A stretch of 63,900 bases of DNA, the filler included, from Olpidium bornovanus S191 (lineage: Eukaryota > Fungi > Olpidiomycota): the NCBI GenBank assembly GCA_017911155.1. It is 33 parts of 33 records of this genome, joined end to end, with 100 filler letters (N's around TTAATTAATTAA, not from the genome) between each part and the next. Parts side by side here need not be neighbours in the genome. Positions count along the whole stretch, not along the records: positions 1 to 1,974 come from JAEFCI010007238.1; positions 2,075 to 4,344 come from JAEFCI010012656.1; positions 4,445 to 6,515 come from JAEFCI010002463.1; positions 6,616 to 9,082 come from JAEFCI010009954.1; positions 9,183 to 10,840 come from JAEFCI010000512.1; 28 more parts are not named here. One strand, 5' to 3'. The first letter of the stretch is position 1; each line of letters begins with the position of its first letter. Of this stretch, positions 1-10,055 are shown in pieces. The notes under the pieces are model-generated. The model ran no database searches. It saw only the letters and a list, made by a program, of their open reading frames with translations, and was not told where the DNA came from. The position numbers were made by a program, and so were the translations under genes.

Positions 1-289
1 AAGTCGCCCGGCGGCTTGGACTTCGCCTTCCCCCGTCGCAGCCGCCACACAGGCCGTCTTCCCCCCCCCCCCCCCCCCGCCCCTACCCCCCCCCCCCCCC
101 CCCCCGCCATTCCGCGGTGAACTCGGCCGTTCTCACCCTCGCCGACAAAGAAGCAAGCGATGTATCAGAACTCCAATTTGATCAACGCCAGATAACAGAA
201 ACATGGCATTGCACATTGAAGCACGTTCACGTTTTGAAAAAGGATGATGGGAACGGGCTTCGAACTAAACAAAATTGGCTGCCCTCGAA

Positions 290-935
290 CCTGCGCTCCC
301 ATCTAGATTTCGTCTGCTTACGTGCCTGGTTTGCCGCCGGGATCAGAAGGAATGTATCCCCAAACGGGGAAAAGGAGGGAAAAGAAGGAATAAAAGGCGG
401 GGATTCCCTCGGACCTACGCTCCTCTAAATGAGGAGTTTTGGCTGCCTACGTACCCGGTTGCTGCCGGGATCAGAGGGAACGTTTTTCCAAACAGGGGAA
501 GAAGGGAAAAGGAAGAAAAAAAAGGAAATAATTCAAAAGCGCGCATCTCTCCTCGCACTTAGGCTCCCCAATTGGAGGAGTTTTGGCTGCCTACGTACCG
601 GGTTTTCAGGATGAGAGGATACGTAGTTCTACTACAAAGGGAAAGGAAGGAGGGAGAGGAGGGGGAGGGGCCTTGCACCTATGCTTCTTTCGGAGCTTTG
701 GCTGCCTACGTACCCGGTTGCCTGGGATCAGAGGTAACGTAGTTCTACTACAGGGGAGAAGGAGCTAAAGTAGGGAGCTATAAATTAAGGGAGTTATAAA
801 GTAAGGGAGCTAAAGTAAGGGGGCTGAAATAAGGAGGGAAAAAGTGGAGGGCGAAGGGCCTCGAGCCTACACTCCTACTGAAGGAGTTTCGGCTGCCTAC
901 GTACCCGGTTGCCCGGGATCAAAGGTAATGTACTT
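290..935 (+). repeat. Array of five imperfect copies of a two-hairpin motif separated by purine-rich variable spacers
   Basis: Core GGAGTTTYGGCTGCCTACGTACCCGG-loop-CCGGGATCAGAGG at about 433, 577, 692 and 883, plus a degenerate copy near 303-350. Each good copy is preceded by CCTA(C/T)(G/A)-like sequence and a CTCC...GGAG hairpin. Confidence 0.9.
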
Positions 936-1071
936 CTTAGCGTTGAGGGAAAAAAGAGAATATTGGGCGAGGAGTGTGAGCCTTTTATACCGGCGTGGGG
1001 GGGACTCGGTCGGGGAGCTGGGGGACGGGCGGCGGCAGGGTAAGGGGGTTTGTTTACGAGGTGTTTTTCGC

Positions 1072-1206
1072 GGGGGAGGGAGGGAGGTGTGGAAGTTATG
1101 TGTTTTGCCGTCTGTGCTTTGGCAAGGCGGACGCGTTCGCGTTTATTCAAGGAAGAAGGAAGTGACTATAGTAAACATTCAGGGGTTCCGACTATATCGT
1201 CCAACA
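1072..1206 (+). mobile_element. Polypurine tract plus short (about 119 bp) 3' LTR of an LTR retroelement
   Basis: GGGGGAGGGAGGGAGG (1072-1087) directly precedes TGTGGAAG (1088) and the segment ends TCCAACA (1206), giving TG...CA termini. A roughly 85% identical copy (by eye) starts at 26263. Confidence 0.75.
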
Positions 1207-1974
1207 GTTTCCACCAACTTTTCGTTTTTCCATCTTCCAGCTGGCCTCCTGGTGAAGCTCATCTGGTATCCTGGGACAATTACTGGGAAAGTTCTCAGTA
1301 CAGTCTCAGAATTTGCACGGCTGACGTGGCCTTCTTGCCCTTTGATATATCATATCCCAACGATGATAACTGACATTGCTGACTGGGCCGATGCCCCTTG
1401 AAGAAGCGGGTGCTCTTTGTTTTTGATGACTGATATTCTTACGCTTCTGAGTCGACTTAGCGGATGCCTTTGGTGGATTGTTGGTGGCCCGCATCAAGGC
1501 ATCATATCATCAGGCAGCTTCTTGACAGGCCGTCACATCAGCGACATTGGCCGGAAGAGCTGCAATTGCTTTTCGGACGTGGTCAGAAAGGTTATCAATG
1601 TATTGGAGAAGTGAACTTTCTTTTCCAACTCCTCCATCAATGATGGCAGTCAAAGCATTAAAATTGCAAGGTATACTCTTGGACGGATCTCGTCTGACAG
1701 AGATTCCTTAGTTTCCTGACAGATTCCAGGCTCTGGCAAAGTGAGTATTTAGGAGATGCTTCATAGACTCCCATGTAGCTTCCTTTCCATTGTCAACATT
1801 GGTAAACCAGAGTGTCTCTGCCATGCCGGATAACTTGTTCTCGGCTAGGACAACATGCAAATCAGGTTGAATTCCGGCGAAGCGAAAGTAAGTTTTCATC
1901 TTATGAATGAAAGCACGAAGCTTCACAAGAGTATATCTATATACTCTTATACGTATACCCTCCTTTGCCTTCAA
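1207..1974 (-). pseudogene. Degenerate Ty3/Gypsy gag (retrotrans_gag-like), interrupted by the LTR element on its left
   Basis: LSGMAETLWFTNVDNGKEATWESMKHLLNTHF, then frameshifted QTRSVQEYTLQF and LLQYIDNLSDHVRKAI. In-frame TGA TGA at 1512-1507 and further stops. Confidence 0.7.
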
Positions 1975-2074
1975 NNNNNNNNNNNNNNNNNNNNNNNNNN
2001 NNNNNNNNNNNNNNNNNNTTAATTAATTAANNNNNNNNNNNNNNNNNNNNNNNNNNNNNNNNNNNNNNNNNNNN
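1975..2074. other. Artificial contig linker (44 N + TTAATTAATTAA + 44 N); first of 32 identical linkers splitting the window into 33 contigs
   Basis: Same 100-nt pattern at 1975, 4345, 6516, 9083, 10841, 12859, 16829, 18091, 19723, 21186, 22306, 23737, 25273, 26381, 27488, 29700, 30928, 32860, 34471, 36188, 37610, 41690, 44944, 46147, 47579, 48828, 52000, 55675, 57438, 59056, 60620, 62711. TTAATTAATTAA gives stops in all six frames. Confidence 0.99.
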
Positions 2075-2083
2075 AAAACGGCA

Positions 2084-2115
<32 letters not shown>

Positions 2116-2412
2116 ACCCCACGGCCGTGCCTTCTCTTTGCGGTCCCGCGTCCTCTGCGCGCACCAACCACCCCTCCTCGTTCCCTCGCCTTTCCTGTGC
2201 GCGTTTCCCCCCCGGCTGCCCGGGACAAACTTCCCCCCTCCCTCTCCTTCTTCCCCCCCCCCACCCTCCCTTCCCGTCCTGCGCTCGCCCCCGAAACCTT
2301 CGCGAACCCCGTTGCCTGACGTGCGCGGCCGCAAACGCGCGCCCCCCTCCCTCTCCTTCCCTGGGGAATTTTCCATCCACGCGCACACAAAAAAAAACAA
2401 CAACGACCGAAG

Positions 2413-3660
2413 CTGGCGGAGGAGATCCGTCTGCGCCTCTGGTTTGCCGGGCTCAAGGTTAGGCGCGGCTGGCAGAACTGCACGCTCGACGACGTTGTGC
2501 GGCGGACCTGGAACGAGATCTACGCCCGGCAGAGCGAGGACGCGAGAACGGCGGCGGCGGCGGCGGCGGCTGCGGCGGCGGCTGCGGCGGCGGCGGCTCC
2601 CCCGCTCGGACGCCCGTCCCCCGAACGGCACAAACGCGGAGCTGCGGCGGAAGGACGCGGCGGCGACGGAACGGGCGCAGGACGACGCGCCAGGCGTCCG
2701 GGAGGCGCGTCCGAGCCGGCGGAGCCGACGCGTCCTGCGGCAGGCCGCACAGGGCTCCAGGGTCTGCCTGCCGGCGACGCCCCGGATCGCACCGCCTCTA
2801 CGCCGTCGGAAGGGCACGCCGCGCTGTCTCCGCCGCCGCTCGGGAACTTCGTTTGGCCAGACGAGTCTGCGCGGGCGGCCGGGATGGAACGGGCGCCGGC
2901 ACTCGGCAGCCCCGGCGCGGCGCTGCCGGCGAAGGCGGCCCGGCTGCCGCCGGACGCCGCCGGTCCTGCGACCCCGGCCGCGGAAGCCGCCTCCGCGCCG
3001 TCGCTTACCATGACGGAAGCGGCGGCCCTTATAATGAACCTCGGCCGGCCGAGGGGCCCTGAAAGAACTCCTTTGCGCGCCACCGAGCCTTCCCCCTGGC
3101 CGTGCGACCGGCGCCCTCCCGCTTTGCACCCCGCGGAAACAGGACGCGCCCCTCCGAGGCAGGACGCCGTCGATCCGCCCAAGAAGCGCCGGCCGGAGTC
3201 TCCGCCGGGCGACCGCGACGCCCCAGTGCTCCCGGCAGATTCGGAGCGGGACCGCACGAGACGGACGCACGTCCGGCACAAGGGCAGCCTCAAGAAGGCT
3301 TCGGACGACTACCACCGCCGGTCGGACACACGGCCTTCCCGGGGCTGCGCGGATCCTCCTGTGATCGACGGGCAGAGCCAGCCCGTCGGTCCTTCGTTCT
3401 TCTCCGGAGGCTTTGCGCCGCGGCGACAGACGGAGGCCTCGTGGGTCAGCCGCAGAGGCTACCGCTACGGCTGCGACAGCGGCGGCGCCCTGATGCCGTG
3501 GGGCGACAAGCCGACCGGCGAGGACTACGGTCTGTGGCGCGTGCCAGGATCTGTCTCAGGCCCTGGCACGTTGTCTCCCTGTCCGGCGTTCGTCCAGGTG
3601 TTCCTCCCGCACTGGAACGCAAAAAATCCGAACCCCACGGCGGCCGCTCCCGGGTTGTGA
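2413..3660 (+). CDS. Whi5/Nrm1-like (GTB-motif) transcriptional repressor, terminal exon, 5' truncated
   Basis: After the AG at 2411-2412 the frame reads LAEEIRLRLWFAGLKVRRGWQNCTLDDV, matching the fungal Whi5 domain pattern L-x-x-RL-x-[FY]A-x-x-KV-x-x-GW-x-x-x-[ST]L. It continues in frame with ORF 2497-3660 (long Pro/Ala/Ser-rich tail). Confidence 0.7.
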   Translation: MAEEIRLRLWFAGLKVRRGWQNCTLDDVVRRTWNEIYARQSEDARTAAAAAAAAAAAAAAAAPPLGRPSPERHKRGAAAEGRGGDGTGAGRRARRPGGASEPAEPTRPAAGRTGLQGLPAGDAPDRTASTPSEGHAALSPPPLGNFVWPDESARAAGMERAPALGSPGAALPAKAARLPPDAAGPATPAAEAASAPSLTMTEAAALIMNLGRPRGPERTPLRATEPSPWPCDRRPPALHPAETGRAPPRQDAVDPPKKRRPESPPGDRDAPVLPADSERDRTRRTHVRHKGSLKKASDDYHRRSDTRPSRGCADPPVIDGQSQPVGPSFFSGGFAPRRQTEASWVSRRGYRYGCDSGGALMPWGDKPTGEDYGLWRVPGSVSGPGTLSPCPAFVQVFLPHWNAKNPNPTAAAPGL

Positions 3661-4569
3661 CCCTTGCGGCTTGCCGGCCGGCCTTCGAAACATCGAAAAC
3701 TCTACTTTTTCCAGCGGAGAAGACCTTGGGTTTCGGTCGTGTCCCTTGCTTTTTTTTTTTTTTTTTTTTCTTTTCCTGATGGCCTCCTTCGATCGCAAAA
3801 TGTTTCCGCGAATTCGACGACTGATATTTTTCTGCCGTTATCCCCTTTACTCTAGCGTTTACTTGTACCATACTGTAACATAGAATCCTGGGCGTCGTTT
3901 GCCTGCATTACGCCCCCCATCCACCTTTTCTCACCCCCACACCCAACGTCTTTGTTTCAGGTACAGATATGTACAGTGTACCTTCCGGATCTTCCCTGCA
4001 CCAAGCCCCACGCTCCGAATTCGCCTTAACGGGGCCCGCCGAAGTCGGGCCTCCCTCCCCTTGTATATATACAAAATTTCGATTGAGTGCCAAAAATCGG
4101 AGATCCAGTAATGCACAGACGTCACTACGGCGGCGGCAAACTTGAGACTTTTCCGGGAGATTTGCAGGTCCGAGTGGTTTTGAAACATTTCGACGAAGCC
4201 AGAAAAAAAAAAAATTTATCTTTTCTCTTCTTTTCCCCCCCTTTTGTCCTCGATCGCTTCCCGGCTCAGACAGGAGCGTTGGTTTCCAGGCAAAGAGTCC
4301 TTGCTCGGTGGTTTTCAGGCAACTGAGTCCTGCTCGGCTCCATGNNNNNNNNNNNNNNNNNNNNNNNNNNNNNNNNNNNNNNNNNNNNTTAATTAATTAA
4401 NNNNNNNNNNNNNNNNNNNNNNNNNNNNNNNNNNNNNNNNNNNNCATGCGGGGTAGAAATAATCTATTTCTTCTTTTCGCCGTGCTGGTGAGCAAAGTCA
4501 AGCACACAAAACGAACGTCAGATGATGTCTGAACGCGGAATGCCCACGCCTTACATTGAGCCAAAACGT

Positions 4570-5646
4570 TCCCTTGTTGGCGCCGCGGACCTTCTTCTCG
4601 CGATTCTTCCTCTCCTTGCGCTGCTTGCGAGACGTTTTCGGTGCCTGATTCAGGCCGTGCTTTTGTAGAACACGAATGTCAGCCAAATCCGCCGGTGGCC
4701 CACGGAGCGCGTTCCGCGGAGAAGTGGACTGGAGTTAGTACAAACCCTGACGAGGCGGTGCTTCGGCTCGAACTTGTTGGCCGCGTCTGTGGAGTCGTAT
4801 ATGAGGCCAAAACCGGTCGACTGTCCGCCGCCGAAGTGGGTCTTGAAGCCGAAGACAAAGACGTGCTCCTTGTCGACCTTGTACATTTTGGCCAGCTTCT
4901 CACGGACCTCGTTACGCGACACGGGAGCGCGTCCCGGGTGGAGAACGTCCACAACAAACTGCTTGCGCTGGAGCAAGCGGTTCGTGAGGAACTTCCGCGT
5001 GCGGATGGTGGCTGTCGAGTCGGCCTGTGAAACCGCGTAGCAGGGTGAAAAGAGAGCACGGGTTCGTTGAGGATAAGCCAAGCGGAACGTTGAGAAAGCT
5101 CGCAGAAAGAAGCCGCCGTTAGAAGTGTCCAACGAGTGCACAGTTCCGCGGAGTCGCAACGACGCCCGGCGACGGGGCGTGAGGCCAGTCCTTCCGTGCG
5201 GCGGGGCCGCCAGCGGGAATTTTTAAGGGGCGGCGCGCGACTTTTCCGCGGGCGGCCGACAAAAGCGGTTCGGGGAACGCCTGAGCGGGCCGCGTCCGTG
5301 TCCTCCGAAAACAGGAATGCGTCCTCGGCGCGCCCGACGCGGGCAACCGGTACGGCACGGCGCGCTTGCTTGGAACGCCTCCTCGGCAAAAGGCGGCGCT
5401 CGCGCGCGACCCGTCTCCCTCCCGCGCGCGCCCGGGGGCCCTCCCTTTTGACGCGGGCAAAAAAAGAGCTACGGGGGCGGCGGGCCACGCATACGCGCGA
5501 GGGGGAAGAGCGGGTGCGGGAGGCGGCAGGACACCAGAACGCGCGCGGCAGGGCGAGGGCGGAAGGGGAGGGAAAGGGGGGAGCGCGGGGAGAGCTTTCG
5601 GGCTTCGGTTTCCGCGGAAAAGCAAGAAGAAAGAAGAGCTCACCAT
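4570..5646 (-). CDS. RPS24: 40S ribosomal protein S24 (eS24)
   Basis: ATG-only exon at 5646-5644 with GTGAG donor; exon 5024-4746 [31 protein letters not shown]...[10 protein letters not shown]; exon from 4659 [26 protein letters not shown]. The last exon boundary is uncertain. Confidence 0.97.
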
Positions 5647-5704
5647 GGTTTGGTTTTCTTTTCGTCTTTTTTTTTTTTTTTTTTTTTTTCCGTGTTGTGC
5701 CGAG

Positions 5705-5762
<58 letters not shown>

Positions 5763-5888
5763 GGGGGGGGGGCAAAGGGCGATTGGGGAAAAAGGGGGAG
5801 GGGAGATTTAAGGGGCGGGGAAAGAAAGGGCCTTCAAGGGCAGGAAAACGGCCTGCGGCCCCGCCCCGGGCGCGACCCACACCCCCCG

Positions 5889-5930
<42 letters not shown>

Positions 5931-6299
5931 GATCTGTTTCGCCGACGCCCGATTCCGCGCCCGCATCCGCCGCGCACCCCCACACACGCTAGATCTCTGT
6001 CGCCGATGGCCGCACCATTTTTTTTCACGTTGATGCAGGCATTCATACTAATCCTCCTACTGCTTCGACGACCTCGAACAACAATAACAATGACATTCAA
6101 ACTCTTCTTTGTGTTTTGGTTGATAATATTGTTCGTACTGTCCCTGACCCCGCCCTGTCAGGATCTTTTATTAAACTACTCAGCACCAAGTTCCTGCTGT
6201 CAAAATAAAACGCCATGTCCTTCGTTCTCGGCATACAAGTTGAAAGATCAAGCCAAGGAAATCTACCCTTTATCAAAAACATTTGTTCCACCACGCTAG

Positions 6300-6515
6300 C
6301 GCGATACCAAAATCGTCACCTATCGACACGTCCGCCATCGAGTCCATCGTCACACGAGAAAACACGGCTTCACCGCGGAAAGGGCCGTTATGGCAAATGC
6401 ATCGGATCGCTGCTCTGTCTATCAACGCAAACCCGACCGGACATCACCACGGCTGTATTTCTTCCTCACCCGTTTCACCAATGCGTTTCCCTGGCAAGGC
6501 ACACCGTCGACATGG
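6300..6515 (+). mobile_element. Ty1/Copia reverse transcriptase C-terminal remnant
   Basis: YGKCIGSLLCLSTQTRPDITTAV matches Copia Y-x-x-x-IGSL-x-YL-x-x-x-TRPDI-x-x-AV; frameshifted on both sides. Confidence 0.8.
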
Positions 6516-7911
6516 NNNNNNNNNNNNNNNNNNNNNNNNNNNNNNNNNNNNNNNNNNNNTTAATTAATTAANNNNNNNNNNNNNNNNNNNNNNNNNNNNN
6601 NNNNNNNNNNNNNNNGACCGGGGGGCCCGCCAGAAAGAGAGCAAAAGAGCAGAAGCCCAAAGAAAAAAACCTTGGTTCCTTTCGCCGTCCCAAGGTTGCC
6701 CGCTGGAAAAACTCCCGGCACCACCAACAAAACATGTTCGCCTTTTGAAATTTTCTTCAACGCAAACGGCGGCGTTCCATTGTTTTTTTTCCAGCTTTCT
6801 TCTTTCCTCAGTGGCCCGCCTGGCGTGCAGTTCCTTCGGGGTGGCTCGTGGTGACGACAGTCAAGCGTCGCCGAGGGCATCTGAAGACTTGAGGACTACG
6901 TCGTCGCGCGAGGAGGGCTCGCGGGGGGGCACCTGCAGTGGGGAACGAAAGGGGCCCGGGCTAGCTGCCCCCGGGGGAAGGGGGCGGGGGGGGAGGAGAG
7001 AGATGAAGTGTAGGGGCTTCCGGGAAACAAGGGAGCGCGAGCAGCGACTCTTGCTGCGGCAGGCGTAAGCGGCGGCAGAAACCGGGCCAAGGGGGAAGGG
7101 GAAGGGGAGGAACGGCAGGGGAGGAAAAGCGCATCAGTCGTGCGGGCTCTTTCCCGGGAGGAACCAAAGTTCCATAAGACAAAGACCAACCGACCAAAAC
7201 AGCCCTGGTTTGAATCCCTTCGCAATCGCTCAATTAGCCACAAGATTTCAAGACCCCAAGGCACCAAACAAGCTAACAATAACCAAAACCTCAAAAAAAC
7301 GTAAAAAAAATAGTAAGACCCAAGGCCAACAAAAAGAAAAGCGGGACATTCAAAGCCAATACAACAAAAATGGGTTCAAATTTATCCCACGCTAACAAAA
7401 AAAAAACCGGGCGAAATTTAGGTGCGGCGAAACGATCTGCGTTTGGGCAAAAAAAAAAATCTCTTCTTTTTGGAACGTTCTTCTCCCTCACCGGCATTCG
7501 CTTCGTTTCATTCGGAAAGGGCGGCGTGTTGGTTCTGTTCCCCGGGGCTTTTTTCCCTTGAGTTTACGAGCGCGAATGATGCTTCCGGCGGGCCTCGCGC
7601 GCTGCACTTTTGGTAGAGCATTTATGAAGCATATTTATTAATTGTTTTGCGGGGCAACGGGGAGCGGGGAAAAGCGTGGGAAAAGGAAGGTTCCGCCGGT
7701 CCTGCTTCCGCAAAAACGCGGGAGACGCCTTTCCTTTCCTTTTTTGGGGGCCGTCGTGCTTTTTTCCTTTGAATTTTCTTTTGGGAGCCGTTGTCCGCGC
7801 GGCGCGTCGCGTCGCTCTGTTACGGGCGACGGTTTTCTTGGCAACCGCGCGGCTCCGGTGAGCCCCGCTGGGTGGGGGGGGGGGAAGGGGGGGGGGTCGG
7901 GGGGGGGGGGT

Positions 7912-7943
<32 letters not shown>

Positions 7944-10055
7944 TTCTTCGCCCGACTTTCAGGCGGAAAAAGTCGGGGCGAAATATTAACCCCCTTCCCC
8001 GGCTTCGGCGTTTTCGTCCGCTTCCGAAAGCGGTTTTTTGTTTTTGCCTGCGTGGAATGGGCTTCCCCGGTCCGGGAGCTCGTTTTCCGTTTCATTTGCC
8101 AATTCGGGTGGCTCGCGCCGTCGACGTTTTCGAGGCGTCTCGTTTGCTCGGCGTGTCTCGTCCCCCTCGCTCCACCTCGTATATTGTTGCGGCTCAGGTC
8201 AAGGTCGGCATAAGGGATGAAGCCTGCCTTCAAGAATGCGACTAGCTATTTAGGTAGTAAGTTGATACTTTACGTGTAAATTATACCTGACATTATATAA
8301 TGAACATCTGTTTTGTTCCCGTCGGCATTCCCGTTTTCTGTTTTCAATTATGTCAGGATGGCGAGGTTAGTAAAATGCGCGCGCGATTTGCCCGCGTGGC
8401 GCCGTCCTCCTGCCGAAACACGCGTGGCATTTCTAGAAACTCGTACGGGAAAAGAAACTCAAAGGAACCGGCGTTTGAGAAAAAGGACCACCGAGGGATT
8501 GTTTTGGCAGCTAATCTTGGGTTAAACTTCGCCCCGTCCTGCCGACCCGTCTGCGTGCCCGCCTTTCAAGAGGCCGGGGCAGGGGCGAGCTGAAAGACCC
8601 CGCATAAAACAGGAAGATGGACCAACGTTCCACGGGAGTGGAGGCTTAAGTTATGACCGGCGGAGGCTTAAGTTTATGGCCGGCAGGTAGGCCCTGTCTC
8701 TAAACTAAGCGCGAACAGCAGACCGAGTGGGAAATGCGCTTGCAAGGGCCCAGCCGCATTTCGTTTTCTCCCTCTAAACGCCTACGAGGAATCGGACATC
8801 AAAATTGCCCGTCACAACTCAAGTCGCAAGAACCAAATCCCCACCGTCCATGATCAGATAGCCGCGCCGTGCGTGTGTTTGTGTGTGTGTGTGAGGTGGA
8901 GGAAGAGAGGGCGGGGAAGGTGTCCAAACATTTTATTGGCCGGCATTATATTTACATAAAACATGAAAACTTTTTAACTGCTTGCCGCTCGCCGTACCGG
9001 TGGGTTCAAACGACCACAAGTTTGTTCGCGCCCGGCAAACGCTGCGACGAGAGGGAGGAAGGGGACGGCGCAGGCCGGAAAANNNNNNNNNNNNNNNNNN
9101 NNNNNNNNNNNNNNNNNNNNNNNNNNTTAATTAATTAANNNNNNNNNNNNNNNNNNNNNNNNNNNNNNNNNNNNNNNNNNNNCATGGTGTTATGTGCGTT
9201 TAGTCATTGTACAGCCAATTTTTAGTTGCCTTTCCGCCGTTGTCTTTTGTTTCAACAGGACCAAGCGTTCGTCGTTGCCCAGCTGGCCGGCCGGCCGAGG
9301 ACAGGCAGTGCGTGCAATGTATGCCGTCAAAACTTTATTTTTTGTTTATTTAATTAATTATTTATTTTTTTTTGTTGTTCTCAGCCAGCGCGCCCCGGGT
9401 CCCCTCATTTTCTTCTTCCGGCTCCTTTTTCTCTCTCTCTCTCACTCTCTCTCTGTTCTCCCTGCTCTCTCTCTCTCTCTCTCTTGTTCTCTCTTCCGCC
9501 CTCGTTCCCCTCTCCTGCGCGGGCGCGCACGCCGGACGGACAGAAAGGAAACACCGGGAAGACCGTAAAAAAAAAAAAAAAAAAAAAAAATGGACGAAAA
9601 GGGAGCGAGCGCGAGGGAACAGAGGGCGACGCCCTTTTTTTTTGTGTTGTGCGTGTGCGCGCGCGTGTGGGGGTGTGAGCGCGCCGGCGGGGGCGTGCGC
9701 CGCCTTACAAAGAAAAACCAAATCAAACGTGGCCGCACGGGGCTCGCGCTTTTACGAATAAAACGCGCGCTCTCTTTGCACCTCTTGCGGCGGCGAAGGG
9801 ACGGGGGACGGTGTGGTGGGTGGGAGAAGTTATGGGGCGGAAGGAGGGCGTTGGGCAGGGGGGTCGAAGGAGGGAAATGGGAACTCCGGAAAAAACGACG
9901 GCGCGGGAGGAAAACAGCATATTATTTTCTCCGCGAGTGTGAAATGAGAATCAAGGCTGCTGTTGTTCGCTTGTCACCGCAGGGGGCCGCTGCGCCGCGC
10001 GCCGCTTTCTCTTCGCGGAATTGTCTACACAATACTTTTTATTATAATTAGTAAA

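Noticed and set aside
433-480. Hammerhead ribozyme (CTGAT next to a stem on the minus strand)
   Set aside because: No CUGANGA...GAAA core on either strand, and the wobble pairs favour the plus strand.
290-935. CRISPR array
   Set aside because: Eukaryotic context, no cas genes, degenerate repeats, and long low-complexity spacers of uneven length.
2019-2030. ORFs ending in X-runs plus LIN or N, and any gene clusters spanning linkers
   Set aside because: These are products of the artificial linker; neighbouring contigs are not known to be adjacent.
5119-6299. Long ORFs with poly-P/G/K/F/C tracts (also 60905-62473, 31880-32809, 2023-3315)
   Set aside because: They are translations of homopolymers and microsatellites, or antisense shadows of GC-rich genes.
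6616-9082. Possible exons in contig 4
   Set aside because: No splice combination gave a recognisable protein.
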